Source: a virus
Taxonomy: Duplodnaviria; Caudoviricetes
Length of the DNA: 25,896 nt
IMG/VR virus record: IMGVR_UViG_3300017761_007566
Location: 1 to 25,896 of that record
Direction: 5' to 3' (one strand)
Below, one piece after another: positions 1 through 8,643 of the stretch. A program made the translations under genes and the position numbers. Within the stretch, counting starts at the first letter, position 1. Each line of letters begins with the position of its first letter. The notes under the pieces are model-generated. The model did not search any database, was not told the origin of the DNA, and worked only from the letters and a program-made list of their open reading frames with translations.

Positions 1-1
1 A

Positions 2-553
2 GGTGGTACTATTGCTCCGAATGGAAAAATTTACGGCTTTCCTAATGGTGTGACAGGCATGTTGGTGATAGATACAAACAATCCAACAGTACCATCTTAT
101 GTAAATGTTCCAACGCTTGGATACCACGCAGGTGTAATAACTCCCGAAGGAAAAATATATTTAAATCCTTTCTCTACGACTGTTGGTACTATTGTTGACA
201 CCACCAGCAATTCGGTAACCACATACACTCCTTCCAGTCCCTCGTTCCCAAATCTTCCATCAACTGGAAGTTATGTAACAGGAGCACTTGCGGCAAATGG
301 AAAAATTTATCTTACCCCTTGGACTGCAACAGTTGGTTGTATTATCGATCCTTCCACAAATACCATAACCACATGGGGAAGCAATGCTATATTTTCGGGA
401 GCCAGTGCTTTTCACGGAACTGTAGTTGCTCCCAATGGTAAAATATACATAATACCATCAACATCCACCTCTTGTGTAGTTGTCAATCCTATCATAAATA
501 ATAATTTTAATATAAATGTATTAACAGCACCATTCAGAAACAATAGTAATTAA
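2..553 (+). CDS. Beta-propeller repeat protein (PNGKIY repeats), putative receptor-binding/fibre protein; 5'-truncated by the window edge
   Basis: The frame is open from position 2 (GGTIAPNGKIYGFP...), so the GTG at 50 is not the real start. Four G-x-x-x-PNGKIY-like repeats are visible. The C-terminal NNNFNINVLTAPF motif is shared with the next two genes. Confidence 0.7.
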   Translation, partial: GGTIAPNGKIYGFPNGVTGMLVIDTNNPTVPSYVNVPTLGYHAGVITPEGKIYLNPFSTTVGTIVDTTSNSVTTYTPSSPSFPNLPSTGSYVTGALAANGKIYLTPWTATVGCIIDPSTNTITTWGSNAIFSGASAFHGTVVAPNGKIYIIPSTSTSCVVVNPIINNNFNINVLTAPFRNNSN

Positions 554-556
554 ATA
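551..556 (+). promoter_or_regulatory. T4-late-like promoter core TAAATA
   Basis: The box starts at the upstream TAA stop; 5-nt spacer to ATG 562; no SD. Confidence 0.65.
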
Positions 557-561
557 AAATC

Positions 562-1815
562 ATGAGCTTACCACAAGATGCAGCAAAGATGGCACGAGAT
601 GGGGGAATACAAACTCCCAAACTCGCCCCTAATGCTTTTACCACGGACAAAATTTTTCAAATAGGGCAAGGAGAATTTATAGGCCGAGACAATCTGCAAA
701 GTGGAACGGGAAATGTAGGTGCCACTCAAAGCTATCCAGATATCAGTCTCACAAGCGCATTGAGCGCACCTTTTGATGCTACCACAGCATTTAGGAGTTT
801 GAGTGCTTACCTGAATCAGGTTGCCGCAACAAATACAAGTCCTGCTAGTGTATGGACAAATGAAGTTATCAACAAATTTTCTGGAAGTGTTATGTTTGAA
901 GGTGCAACACTTGCTCCGAATGGTTGTTTATATTTGATACCTGGCGATGGCGGAGCAAACGTAATTGCCAAATTTAATCCCAACGACAATTCCGTTTCAA
1001 CTATTGCAACGATATCTGTTAATGGAACTCGAAGTTACACAGGAAGTGTATTGCATCCAAATGGAAAAATATATCTTATACCTCATGATGCCACAGTTTT
1101 CAGATTTATCGACCCTAGCAACGATACAGTTACTACGTTTGGAACATATGTTATTAATCCAGTTTTACAGGATTCTTATAGTAGCGGAGTAGTTGCTCCA
1201 AATGGTAAAATATATTGTTCGCCTCATGATGCCACAGTTGGGAGATGGATAGATCCCAGCACAAATACTATAACCACATTCAGTTTTCCTTTAGCAAATA
1301 TTAATACTGCTTATGGTCAAGCACTTTTAGGACCAAACGGAAAAATTTATTTTATACCTATAGCCCAAACTGTATGGTCTATGCTGGATCCTAACAATGA
1401 TACGATAACTGCTGTTGCAACGTATGGTGCAAATTATGGAGCAGTATTGGCTCCAAATGGTTTTATTTATTGTACAGGAACTCCATCTTTTAAATTTAAT
1501 CCTAATGATAATACAATAACAACCTTTAATTTTAATTATGTAGGAAATTCAAAAGGAACATTACATCCTAACGGAAGAATATATTTTATAACAACACAAA
1601 ACACACAAATTGCAGTGATAGATCCCAGCAATGACACAGGTACATATATTTACACAGGATTTCCGTTAGCTGCATATAATGATATCACATTACTGCCCAA
1701 CGGAAAATTGTTTCTTACACCTTATACCTCTACTCAGTCAAACTACATAAATAATAATACAAACAATAATTTTAACCAAAATGTTTGCCTTAGTCCTTTT
1801 ATTAATACCAATTAA
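562..1815 (+). CDS. Seven-bladed beta-propeller protein, putative receptor-binding/fibre protein
   Basis: Seven repeats: APNGCLY, HPNGKIY, APNGKIY, GPNGKIY, APNGFIY, HPNGRIY, LPNGKLF. The N-terminal KLAPNAFTTDKI...GR..SGTGN module resembles phage fibre repeats. Lies upstream of a fibre chaperone. Confidence 0.7.
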   Translation: MSLPQDAAKMARDGGIQTPKLAPNAFTTDKIFQIGQGEFIGRDNLQSGTGNVGATQSYPDISLTSALSAPFDATTAFRSLSAYLNQVAATNTSPASVWTNEVINKFSGSVMFEGATLAPNGCLYLIPGDGGANVIAKFNPNDNSVSTIATISVNGTRSYTGSVLHPNGKIYLIPHDATVFRFIDPSNDTVTTFGTYVINPVLQDSYSSGVVAPNGKIYCSPHDATVGRWIDPSTNTITTFSFPLANINTAYGQALLGPNGKIYFIPIAQTVWSMLDPNNDTITAVATYGANYGAVLAPNGFIYCTGTPSFKFNPNDNTITTFNFNYVGNSKGTLHPNGRIYFITTQNTQIAVIDPSNDTGTYIYTGFPLAAYNDITLLPNGKLFLTPYTSTQSNYINNNTNNNFNQNVCLSPFINTN

Positions 1816-1818
1816 ATA
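1813..1818 (+). promoter_or_regulatory. T4-late-like promoter core TAAATA
   Basis: Overlaps the upstream TAA stop; 5-nt spacer to ATG 1824. Confidence 0.65.
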
Positions 1819-1823
1819 ATTCT

Positions 1824-3158
1824 ATGCCAACTCCTGCATTATCCGCCGCCAGAATGAGACGCAATTTGGGTGTAACCACCCTCAAATTAGCGAACAATAG
1901 CGTTACGTTTGACAAGATTCAGCAACTGGAAGCTAGTAAATTTCTGGGTCGCACCACTAGTGGAACAGGCAATCCTGAACAGGTAAACCAATTTTTGCAC
2001 ATGAAGGTGCCATCTTGGACAGATGGTGGCTATGTTACAAATTTTGCTCTTCTCAGTGCCTATTTGGATGGTATAATACGAAGCAATAAAAATAATGTTT
2101 CAGGTTTTAATCAAAGTACGCAAGTTACCGTTAATGCGTCTTTTGTAAACGATAAACATGCATATCAAGGAGGAGTGTTGCATCCAAATGGAAAAATTTA
2201 TTTGACTCCATATGATGCCACATTAATGGCAACTATAGATCCTGTGACAGATACTGTAGATTTCCCCATAACCATATCATCATCATATCAAGTGGGGGCT
2301 TATATCGGAGGTTGTGTCACTCCAAACGGAAAAATAGTTCCATTTAATTATTTTTCATCACTTGTTCGTATTATAGATCCATCAAATAATACTGTAAAAG
2401 TAATAGGAACTATTGGTGTATATACTTCGGATCCTACTCTTGCAGGTTCTTATTATGGTGGTACTTTGGGTCCTAATGGAAAAGTTTATTTATCCCCCAA
2501 CCCTCAAGCCGGCTCACCCCCATCTTCCACAGGAAAAGGTGGGACAGTTTTTTATTATATTGATCCTGTGGCAGAAACTGTTGTGGGGTTTGCCACAATT
2601 CAGTTGAATGGAACAGGAACTAATAGCGGAGGGGCCACCAATGCGGGCCGGTTTATTGCTGGTATGGACGGAAATATTTATGGAGGGGGTGCTTTATATA
2701 TAAATCCATCTAATAATACCATAACAACATTTTCTCCATCTCAAGGATTTGGCTATGCTTTTGCCACTTTACCTAATGGTAAAATAATAACAGCAGGTGA
2801 GATTTTTGATCCTTTTACAAAAACTACTACCCTTATTAATATACCTTTTAATTCAACCCCATTTTCAGCGAATCTTTTACCGAATGGAAAAGTTATGTTT
2901 GGTCCTGGTTATAGTACTCTGGTTACTATTGTAGATCCTGAAAATCTGTCCGCGACAGTAGTAGCAACAGTAGCTGCTCCAGTATCAACAGGTGGAACAA
3001 CAACTCCGGCTTGGTATGGAGGCATTTTGGCTCCAAATGGGCACGTGTATCATTTACCATTTGGATCTACAAAATTTTTGAAAATTTTGTGCAATTTTAA
3101 TAATAATTTTAACAATAATGTATTAACAAACCAAATAACCAACAAACCCTGGCTATGA
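1824..3158 (+). CDS. Seven-bladed beta-propeller protein, paralogue of 562..1815
   Basis: Seven PNGK-type repeats. Shares the N-terminal module (KLANNSVTFDKI...FLGRTTSGTGN), the LSAYL helix and the NNNFNxNV C-terminus with the preceding gene. Confidence 0.7.
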   Translation: MPTPALSAARMRRNLGVTTLKLANNSVTFDKIQQLEASKFLGRTTSGTGNPEQVNQFLHMKVPSWTDGGYVTNFALLSAYLDGIIRSNKNNVSGFNQSTQVTVNASFVNDKHAYQGGVLHPNGKIYLTPYDATLMATIDPVTDTVDFPITISSSYQVGAYIGGCVTPNGKIVPFNYFSSLVRIIDPSNNTVKVIGTIGVYTSDPTLAGSYYGGTLGPNGKVYLSPNPQAGSPPSSTGKGGTVFYYIDPVAETVVGFATIQLNGTGTNSGGATNAGRFIAGMDGNIYGGGALYINPSNNTITTFSPSQGFGYAFATLPNGKIITAGEIFDPFTKTTTLINIPFNSTPFSANLLPNGKVMFGPGYSTLVTIVDPENLSATVVATVAAPVSTGGTTTPAWYGGILAPNGHVYHLPFGSTKFLKILCNFNNNFNNNVLTNQITNKPWL

Positions 3159-3565
3159 TTAAATCATATATAGATTTTTGTAATTATTACATATTTAACG
3201 ATTCTACACTAAGAATGGTTCATAAAAATCAAACTGTGGAAGGTCAAAATATACCTGTTAACCCTCCACCTAGCTTTGATTATTCAAAATTTGAAAATTG
3301 GAGTCAAAAAATACAAAAAGAAGTGTCTGAAGGAAAAGCCGTGATAGTTAAATTAAACGATTGTCCTGAATTTTATGATTCTTATTGGAATTCTGTTTTA
3401 GAAAAACAAAAACAACTGATTTACGAAAGCAATTGGACTCAACTTAGGGATGCAAATCTGCCAAATAATTCTGAATGGATTCAATATAGAAAAGATTTAT
3501 TCGATATTCCGGAAAAATACAAAAATAATCCTTGTGGTGTGGTGTGGCCAGTAAAGCCATCTTAA
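3155..3565 (+). CDS. Phage tail (fibre) assembly chaperone
   Basis: The C-terminal ESNWTQLRDA...EWIQYRKDLFDIPE...VVWPVKP matches the SDWTQ..D..W..YRQALRD.P...WP..P signature of this family. ATGA overlap with the upstream gene. Confidence 0.8.
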   Translation: MIKSYIDFCNYYIFNDSTLRMVHKNQTVEGQNIPVNPPPSFDYSKFENWSQKIQKEVSEGKAVIVKLNDCPEFYDSYWNSVLEKQKQLIYESNWTQLRDANLPNNSEWIQYRKDLFDIPEKYKNNPCGVVWPVKPS

Positions 3566-5013
3566 TTATTTTTAAGCAAGGCAACATAAATTCCATTTCG
3601 CCAAGCTTCTTTGCTTCTTGGAAGTAGAATTTTTTCATAAATTATCTCAAAACCTGATTCAGCTATTCCTTCCATGGTTCCAAACACCACATCCATGCTG
3701 TTAGAGTAGTCATCACAATAATATATAAAATATTCTTTCATGTATTTCTTATAATGTGTAAGAGCCATTTTTTGTGCTTCCCTTGAATGGCAACCATCGT
3801 AAAAATACACATCAAATTTTTCATTTAAATGATCCAATATTCCTTTGGAAAAGCTGTCATTATCAACAATAATACTGGGTTTGTTTGCACTCTTTAATTT
3901 TTGTAAAAATTCTTCCTTGCCACCATATTCACTCCAATTGTCCACACCCACATAAACATTCGGGGTATTCTTCCACAATCCCGCAATAAACGTTGCACCT
4001 TTATAAACACCAACCTCCAAATAATTGCATTTGTATAAACTTGCAAGATTATTGGCCAGATGTTTTGTGGCAGAACAGGTCATGCCATCCACTTTAAGAT
4101 CAATATATTCTCCGTCTATTTTTGAACTTCCAAAATCTGCATTTTTCATGCTGTATAGCATGTGTTGCAAAAGGTAGTATGGGTGGTTGGTTTCAAATGA
4201 AACAGGCACATCATTTCCTTCAATAAGATTTTTGAATCTATCCTTGTTTTCCAAAAGATACTTTGGAAAGGTATCATCCAATTCCACTTTTTCCACAACA
4301 TAACCGATCCGACCAAACACATCTGTTCCCTCTTTTATAGCATCCGATATGCCTCGCTCAGTATATGCAACTCCCGAATCTCTATATTCGTTGTGAGCAA
4401 AACTTTGTATTTTTTTCAAAACATTTTTGGGTCCGCCCATGCTGGTAAAATGCCATCCTGCATCATATATGCGAGGAAGGGTTTGAGATCGAATGTTTCG
4501 GTAATGTTGCAAATCTTGATTCTGTTTGTATTGGATAAATTTTAGAGCCACTGTTCCATCATTGTGCAACTGATTAGGAGGAGCAATAACATGATTATGA
4601 AACGATCCACTATACATGGTGGAACATAATGTGACAGGAAATTGATCCTCCCTCCTGCTTTTAAGCTTCTCCACAATCTCTTTTCTAGGTATTTCATCCA
4701 AATCCGAGAGCAAAAGAATATCTTCCTCATTCAAATTAACAGGTATTTTCTCACTCAAAGCTCGACGATGATCATTTTCAATACTCCAACTATCCGTATG
4801 TTTAACACTATCGAAAATTACCAAATCTATTTTATGTAAAAACTTTTCAAATCTTTTGCGATTATTTGAAAAATAAAGAGGTTTGGGTTCGTTGTTGTGT
4901 GACATTGTGCTTTCACAAATAACGAATCTGTCAACAACACTATCCAATTCATTCAACCGGATTTCCAGCAGATCCAGTTCGTTATTAAAAGTGAATAAAT
5001 CGTATATTTTCAT
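3562..5013 (-). CDS. GT17-family (MGAT3-like) glycosyltransferase fused to a C-terminal class I SAM-dependent methyltransferase (Methyltransf_24-like)
   Basis: N-terminal GT17 motifs: IYDLFTFNNELDLLEIRLNEL, VICES, LLSDLDEIP, GWHFTSMGG, KIQSFAHNE. C-terminal MTase motifs: YLEVGVYKG, FDVYFYDGCHS, DD. Confidence 0.8.
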   Translation of the reverse strand: MKIYDLFTFNNELDLLEIRLNELDSVVDRFVICESTMSHNNEPKPLYFSNNRKRFEKFLHKIDLVIFDSVKHTDSWSIENDHRRALSEKIPVNLNEEDILLLSDLDEIPRKEIVEKLKSRREDQFPVTLCSTMYSGSFHNHVIAPPNQLHNDGTVALKFIQYKQNQDLQHYRNIRSQTLPRIYDAGWHFTSMGGPKNVLKKIQSFAHNEYRDSGVAYTERGISDAIKEGTDVFGRIGYVVEKVELDDTFPKYLLENKDRFKNLIEGNDVPVSFETNHPYYLLQHMLYSMKNADFGSSKIDGEYIDLKVDGMTCSATKHLANNLASLYKCNYLEVGVYKGATFIAGLWKNTPNVYVGVDNWSEYGGKEEFLQKLKSANKPSIIVDNDSFSKGILDHLNEKFDVYFYDGCHSREAQKMALTHYKKYMKEYFIYYCDDYSNSMDVVFGTMEGIAESGFEIIYEKILLPRSKEAWRNGIYVALLKNN

Positions 5014-6410
5014 TTTGTTAATACAAGCAATCCATTATTTTTAGGTGTGTAGTAGCTTATTTTCCATTGAGGATTGTCTCTTAAAAATTCCATAATGGCT
5101 GGAATCAGACCCAAATCTCGACCATCCTCCCCTCGCTCCCCAAATGTGAACACATCATGAAAAGCCAGATATTTTTTGGCTTTGTTTGCATGCAATTTGA
5201 GTTCCTGTTTGAGTTGTGTGTATGTGTGCCAAGTGTCGATGAATAGAAAATCGTATTCATCAATCTGTGTTTGGAGAACATCTTGAACAATATATTCATA
5301 ATCCAATCCCTCTTTTTTCGCATATTCTTTGTGTTTTTCAAGATCCTGTGAATATTCCTTATCGTATGAAACCAATTTTTTAGGCCGAGCATTCAAAAAC
5401 GTCCATGTTGAAATTCCCTTTCGAACCCCCATTTCACAAATGGTATCACAATTTATTGCATAACGTTCCAATACAGGCAAATGTTCGTGTATATCACTGG
5501 GGGTTTTGCAGTTTTTTATGTGATATTCATTTATAGTTTCAGGCACCTTTAATTCAGTTCCTAGGATATTTTTAACCGCATTCACTGTTCTTTCCAATGA
5601 GTATATGCTTCGATATGTGTCTTGGATTTTGCTATTATCAATATCCTTACTTTTTTCAAAAGCTTCGGCTATGCTCATATCATCTTTGAAAAGGAAAAGT
5701 TCGTCAGGAAGATCCCCAAATCCGATAAGTTCCTTGGTGCTTCGTTCCATATACACAGGAATGCCAGTATCTAATGCTTTGCATACAGCATAACAATTGA
5801 TTCCTACATTTTTATTGTGAACCAGAAGGGAGGTGTGAGGAAGCAAATCAATATCCCGAGCAAAACCATCAGGTGCCAGTTGGGATCCTACTATTTTCAC
5901 ATCATATCCGTGATGTTTCAGATACATCAATTCTCCAGTTTCTTCAACAATGGCAGGAAGCGACACTATTTGTGTTATATATTTCTTTTCTTTGTGTTTG
6001 GTCTGGTGTGGTACCCAATTGGGGCAAAATTGGAATCCAAAAGTTTTAGCATCGGGATGGTTGCAAGTTTTAAGAATATCCAAATTACCAAATGATTTTA
6101 ATTCTGCTTGCATTTGACAATCCCACCATGTTTTTTCGGCAAAAAGATCGTTAGGAATGATGGATACATATTTGTCATATCCATTCCAATCGTTGCTAAA
6201 ATTTATATTTTTAAAATCAGTATAAACAATTTCTGGATCAAATGATATGTTTGCAATTACAAATTTGTTTTTTCTTATACCTCCTGGTGGAAATCCTAGT
6301 TGTTTAGTCAATTCTTCATTGGCCACATCAACTTGGATACCAAGCTCACGGAATGCCTTCCATAGATACAGAAGACAATCTTGATGGTGATTGAACATCA
6401 GGATGCGCAT
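5010..6410 (-). CDS. Putative glycosyltransferase-like domain fused to a class I SAM methyltransferase (Methyltransf_24-like)
   Basis: C-terminal ICEMGVRKGIST, YDFLFIDTWHTY..LKQEL..H, LAFHDV and NNGL motifs. The N-terminal half has a GT-B-like tail (CKALDTGIPV); that part of the call is weaker. Confidence 0.65.
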   Translation of the reverse strand: MRILMFNHHQDCLLYLWKAFRELGIQVDVANEELTKQLGFPPGGIRKNKFVIANISFDPEIVYTDFKNINFSNDWNGYDKYVSIIPNDLFAEKTWWDCQMQAELKSFGNLDILKTCNHPDAKTFGFQFCPNWVPHQTKHKEKKYITQIVSLPAIVEETGELMYLKHHGYDVKIVGSQLAPDGFARDIDLLPHTSLLVHNKNVGINCYAVCKALDTGIPVYMERSTKELIGFGDLPDELFLFKDDMSIAEAFEKSKDIDNSKIQDTYRSIYSLERTVNAVKNILGTELKVPETINEYHIKNCKTPSDIHEHLPVLERYAINCDTICEMGVRKGISTWTFLNARPKKLVSYDKEYSQDLEKHKEYAKKEGLDYEYIVQDVLQTQIDEYDFLFIDTWHTYTQLKQELKLHANKAKKYLAFHDVFTFGERGEDGRDLGLIPAIMEFLRDNPQWKISYYTPKNNGLLVLTK

Positions 6411-7075
6411 AATTTTTTATACTGATCGCCTGTTACCCATTTGGTTCCCCAGTACATCATATCCAGATACATAATATCTTCGAATTCCTCACTTGATGGT
6501 TTTGAACTCACACCTCCATCATGGGTGCAACTGGCTTCCGCCACATACCAAACCTCCCAATTCCTAGTTCGTGCTGTGAAACACCAGTCACTATCTGATC
6601 CTATTAGAAATAGATTTTCATCCATAATACCTATTTCATCCACCATTTTACTCCGCACTACGAAACATGCTCCATTTACCCAAGGAACCATTATACTTTG
6701 ATTACACATGTCCAAAGATACTTTGCCTCCAATATGCTGACCATAGGGATATGCTTGAGTGCAGCCCCCATGAACTATGGTATCTCCATCTGATGCTATT
6801 TGCTTAACTCCTGCAATTCCACAACGAGGATGCGTATCCATAAACACTTCAAGATTGCGAAAAAACCCCTCGTGAACATAACAATCACTATTGATTAATA
6901 ATATATATTCATATTTGTTTCGAAGAGCTTGTATTCCCTTGTTGTATGCTTTGGTAAAACCCAGATTATCCTTGCTATTATCGTGATAAAAAACTTCAAC
7001 ATCTTTCAATAAACTTAAACATTTTTCAGTTTGTTCTGGGTTTTTATACCCAACAACTACCACACCTATTTTCAT
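6398..7075 (-). CDS. GT2-family glycosyltransferase
   Basis: VVVVGY, DNSKDNLGFTKAYNKG, LLINSD (DxD region), WVNGACFVVR, GIMDENLF..SDSDWC, H..G.S. Confidence 0.85.
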   Translation of the reverse strand: MKIGVVVVGYKNPEQTEKCLSLLKDVEVFYHDNSKDNLGFTKAYNKGIQALRNKYEYILLINSDCYVHEGFFRNLEVFMDTHPRCGIAGVKQIASDGDTIVHGGCTQAYPYGQHIGGKVSLDMCNQSIMVPWVNGACFVVRSKMVDEIGIMDENLFLIGSDSDWCFTARTRNWEVWYVAEASCTHDGGVSSKPSSEEFEDIMYLDMMYWGTKWVTGDQYKKLCAS

Positions 7076-8586
7076 ATGGTTTTCAACCTTTCATCCACTT
7101 TATCAATTACATTCTTCCAGTCAAATGCTTTGCTTTGACGGATAATATGCATACTGGGATACCATATGCTTGTTTCCCCTACCATTCCCCATCTCCATTC
7201 AGGAAACCATGGAATCATAAGAATGGTAGGCACGTTCATGGCACCTGCCAAATGAGCTTGTAGAGTATCTATGCTTATCACCAAATCCAATCCTTTTATA
7301 AATTGAGAAGTTTCATATACAGTTTTAAAATTCTTTACAGGATTGGTTATGCCCAGCTTTTCATGATCATCTTCATATTCATCCTTGATTAGAGAATACC
7401 ATTCAAATCGATCATTGTTTTTGATGAGATTGCGAAGCAAATCATAATCTTTTTCAAATATTGTGCGATATCTGTTGTATTGGTGGTTGTTGCTACCTGC
7501 CCAGCAAATTCCTATTTTTTTCTTTTCACCTTCTAGTTTTTTAGGTTCGATGATCAGATAAGGATCGTCATTTTGCATATCATCATTTGTTAAACCAAGC
7601 CGTTGCGGAATGCTCATGATGGGTAACCACACATCAAAATCGGTTGCATCTGTTGCATTTTGAATAATTTGTGTTTTTTGTTTGAGATGTGTCATCACAT
7701 CATAAATGCGGGGATTGCACCAGTATTTGACATGCTTGAAGTGCTTTTTAAGCAGATGCAACCATCTTGCCGCCATAACATTATCACCCAATCCCTGTTC
7801 GGCGGCCACAAGTATGGTTTTGTCTGGCATGGATGTACCATCCCACATGGGTTTTTCCCGTAGAGGTTTTACTGCCCACACACCTTCATTTCTCACTTCA
7901 TAACTTTTCCACGCTTCGGTATAATTTTTATCAAGAAATGTCATGTATGCCAAATACCATTTTTTACTGAAAAGATCTATTTTAAGATTTTCAAAAGTCT
8001 TTTTTGCTTGCAAAACCTGCTTGTTGAAAAGCTGGGCAATGCCCAAAGCAATGTTACAATGATGATTTTCTGGATCAATCTGTTTGCCCCTGTTAACCCA
8101 CATGATTGCCTCTTCGTTTTTACCCACACTATTACAACTCAAAGCTATCTTCCAATAAAAGGATACCTCTTGAGGAAACATCTTAATCAATTCTATGTAT
8201 GTTTCATATGCTTTCTCATACTTGGCCACATTGGTGTAAAGTTCTGCCAAAATCATCTGTTCTTGCGGTTCTGTTCCTGTGTAGATGTGATTTTCATAAA
8301 TTTCCAAAGCTTCTTTGTTTTTGCGTTGAAACTTGTGCAAATTAAAAAGATTGTTATAAAATATTTTTTGTTTTGGATCCAATTCTATAGCTTTTTTATA
8401 CATCTCCTCTGCTTTTTTGGTTTGTTCATCCTTCTCCAAAGCATTACCCATTGCACTATAACACATGGCTTTGTGTTCGGTTGTTTCATAAAGATCCACA
8501 CATTTTTGAAAATAATTTAATGCCTTATCAAATTTACCATAAGACATAAATTGCATACCCATATCAAAGTATTTGTCTCGATTCAT
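7072..8586 (-). CDS. TPR-repeat protein with a C-terminal GT-B (GT9-like) glycosyltransferase domain
   Basis: N-terminal TPR repeats (YSAMGNAL...AEEMYKKAIELDP). C-terminal W.G....KTILV.AEQGLGD, KIGICWAG, LDLVISIDT..AHLAGAM, WRW and WYPS motifs. Confidence 0.8.
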   Translation of the reverse strand: MNRDKYFDMGMQFMSYGKFDKALNYFQKCVDLYETTEHKAMCYSAMGNALEKDEQTKKAEEMYKKAIELDPKQKIFYNNLFNLHKFQRKNKEALEIYENHIYTGTEPQEQMILAELYTNVAKYEKAYETYIELIKMFPQEVSFYWKIALSCNSVGKNEEAIMWVNRGKQIDPENHHCNIALGIAQLFNKQVLQAKKTFENLKIDLFSKKWYLAYMTFLDKNYTEAWKSYEVRNEGVWAVKPLREKPMWDGTSMPDKTILVAAEQGLGDNVMAARWLHLLKKHFKHVKYWCNPRIYDVMTHLKQKTQIIQNATDATDFDVWLPIMSIPQRLGLTNDDMQNDDPYLIIEPKKLEGEKKKIGICWAGSNNHQYNRYRTIFEKDYDLLRNLIKNNDRFEWYSLIKDEYEDDHEKLGITNPVKNFKTVYETSQFIKGLDLVISIDTLQAHLAGAMNVPTILMIPWFPEWRWGMVGETSIWYPSMHIIRQSKAFDWKNVIDKVDERLKTI

Positions 8587-8593
8587 ATCGTTC

Positions 8594-8599
8594 TATTTA
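8594..8599 (-). promoter_or_regulatory. T4-late-like promoter core TAAATA driving the glycosylation operon
   Basis: TATTTA on the + strand; 7-nt spacer to the ATG at 8586. Confidence 0.55.
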
Positions 8600-8609
8600 A
8601 ACACAGCAT

Positions 8610-8636
8610 TTGATATTTCAACTTTTATGTTAAAAT
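8610..8636 (+). promoter_or_regulatory. Possible sigma70-type (extended -10) promoter for the primase
   Basis: TGnTAAAAT at 8628-8636, 7 nt before ATG 8644. A TTGATA at 8610-8615 gives a short 15-nt spacer. Confidence 0.4.
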
Positions 8637-8643
8637 AGATCGA

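Noticed and set aside
480-3158. Asn-rich (AAT/AAC) C-termini of the propeller genes as possible diversity-generating retroelement template/variable repeats
   Set aside because: No reverse transcriptase is in the window and no near-identical ~100-bp repeat pair differing only at adenines was seen. The motif is conserved at protein level.
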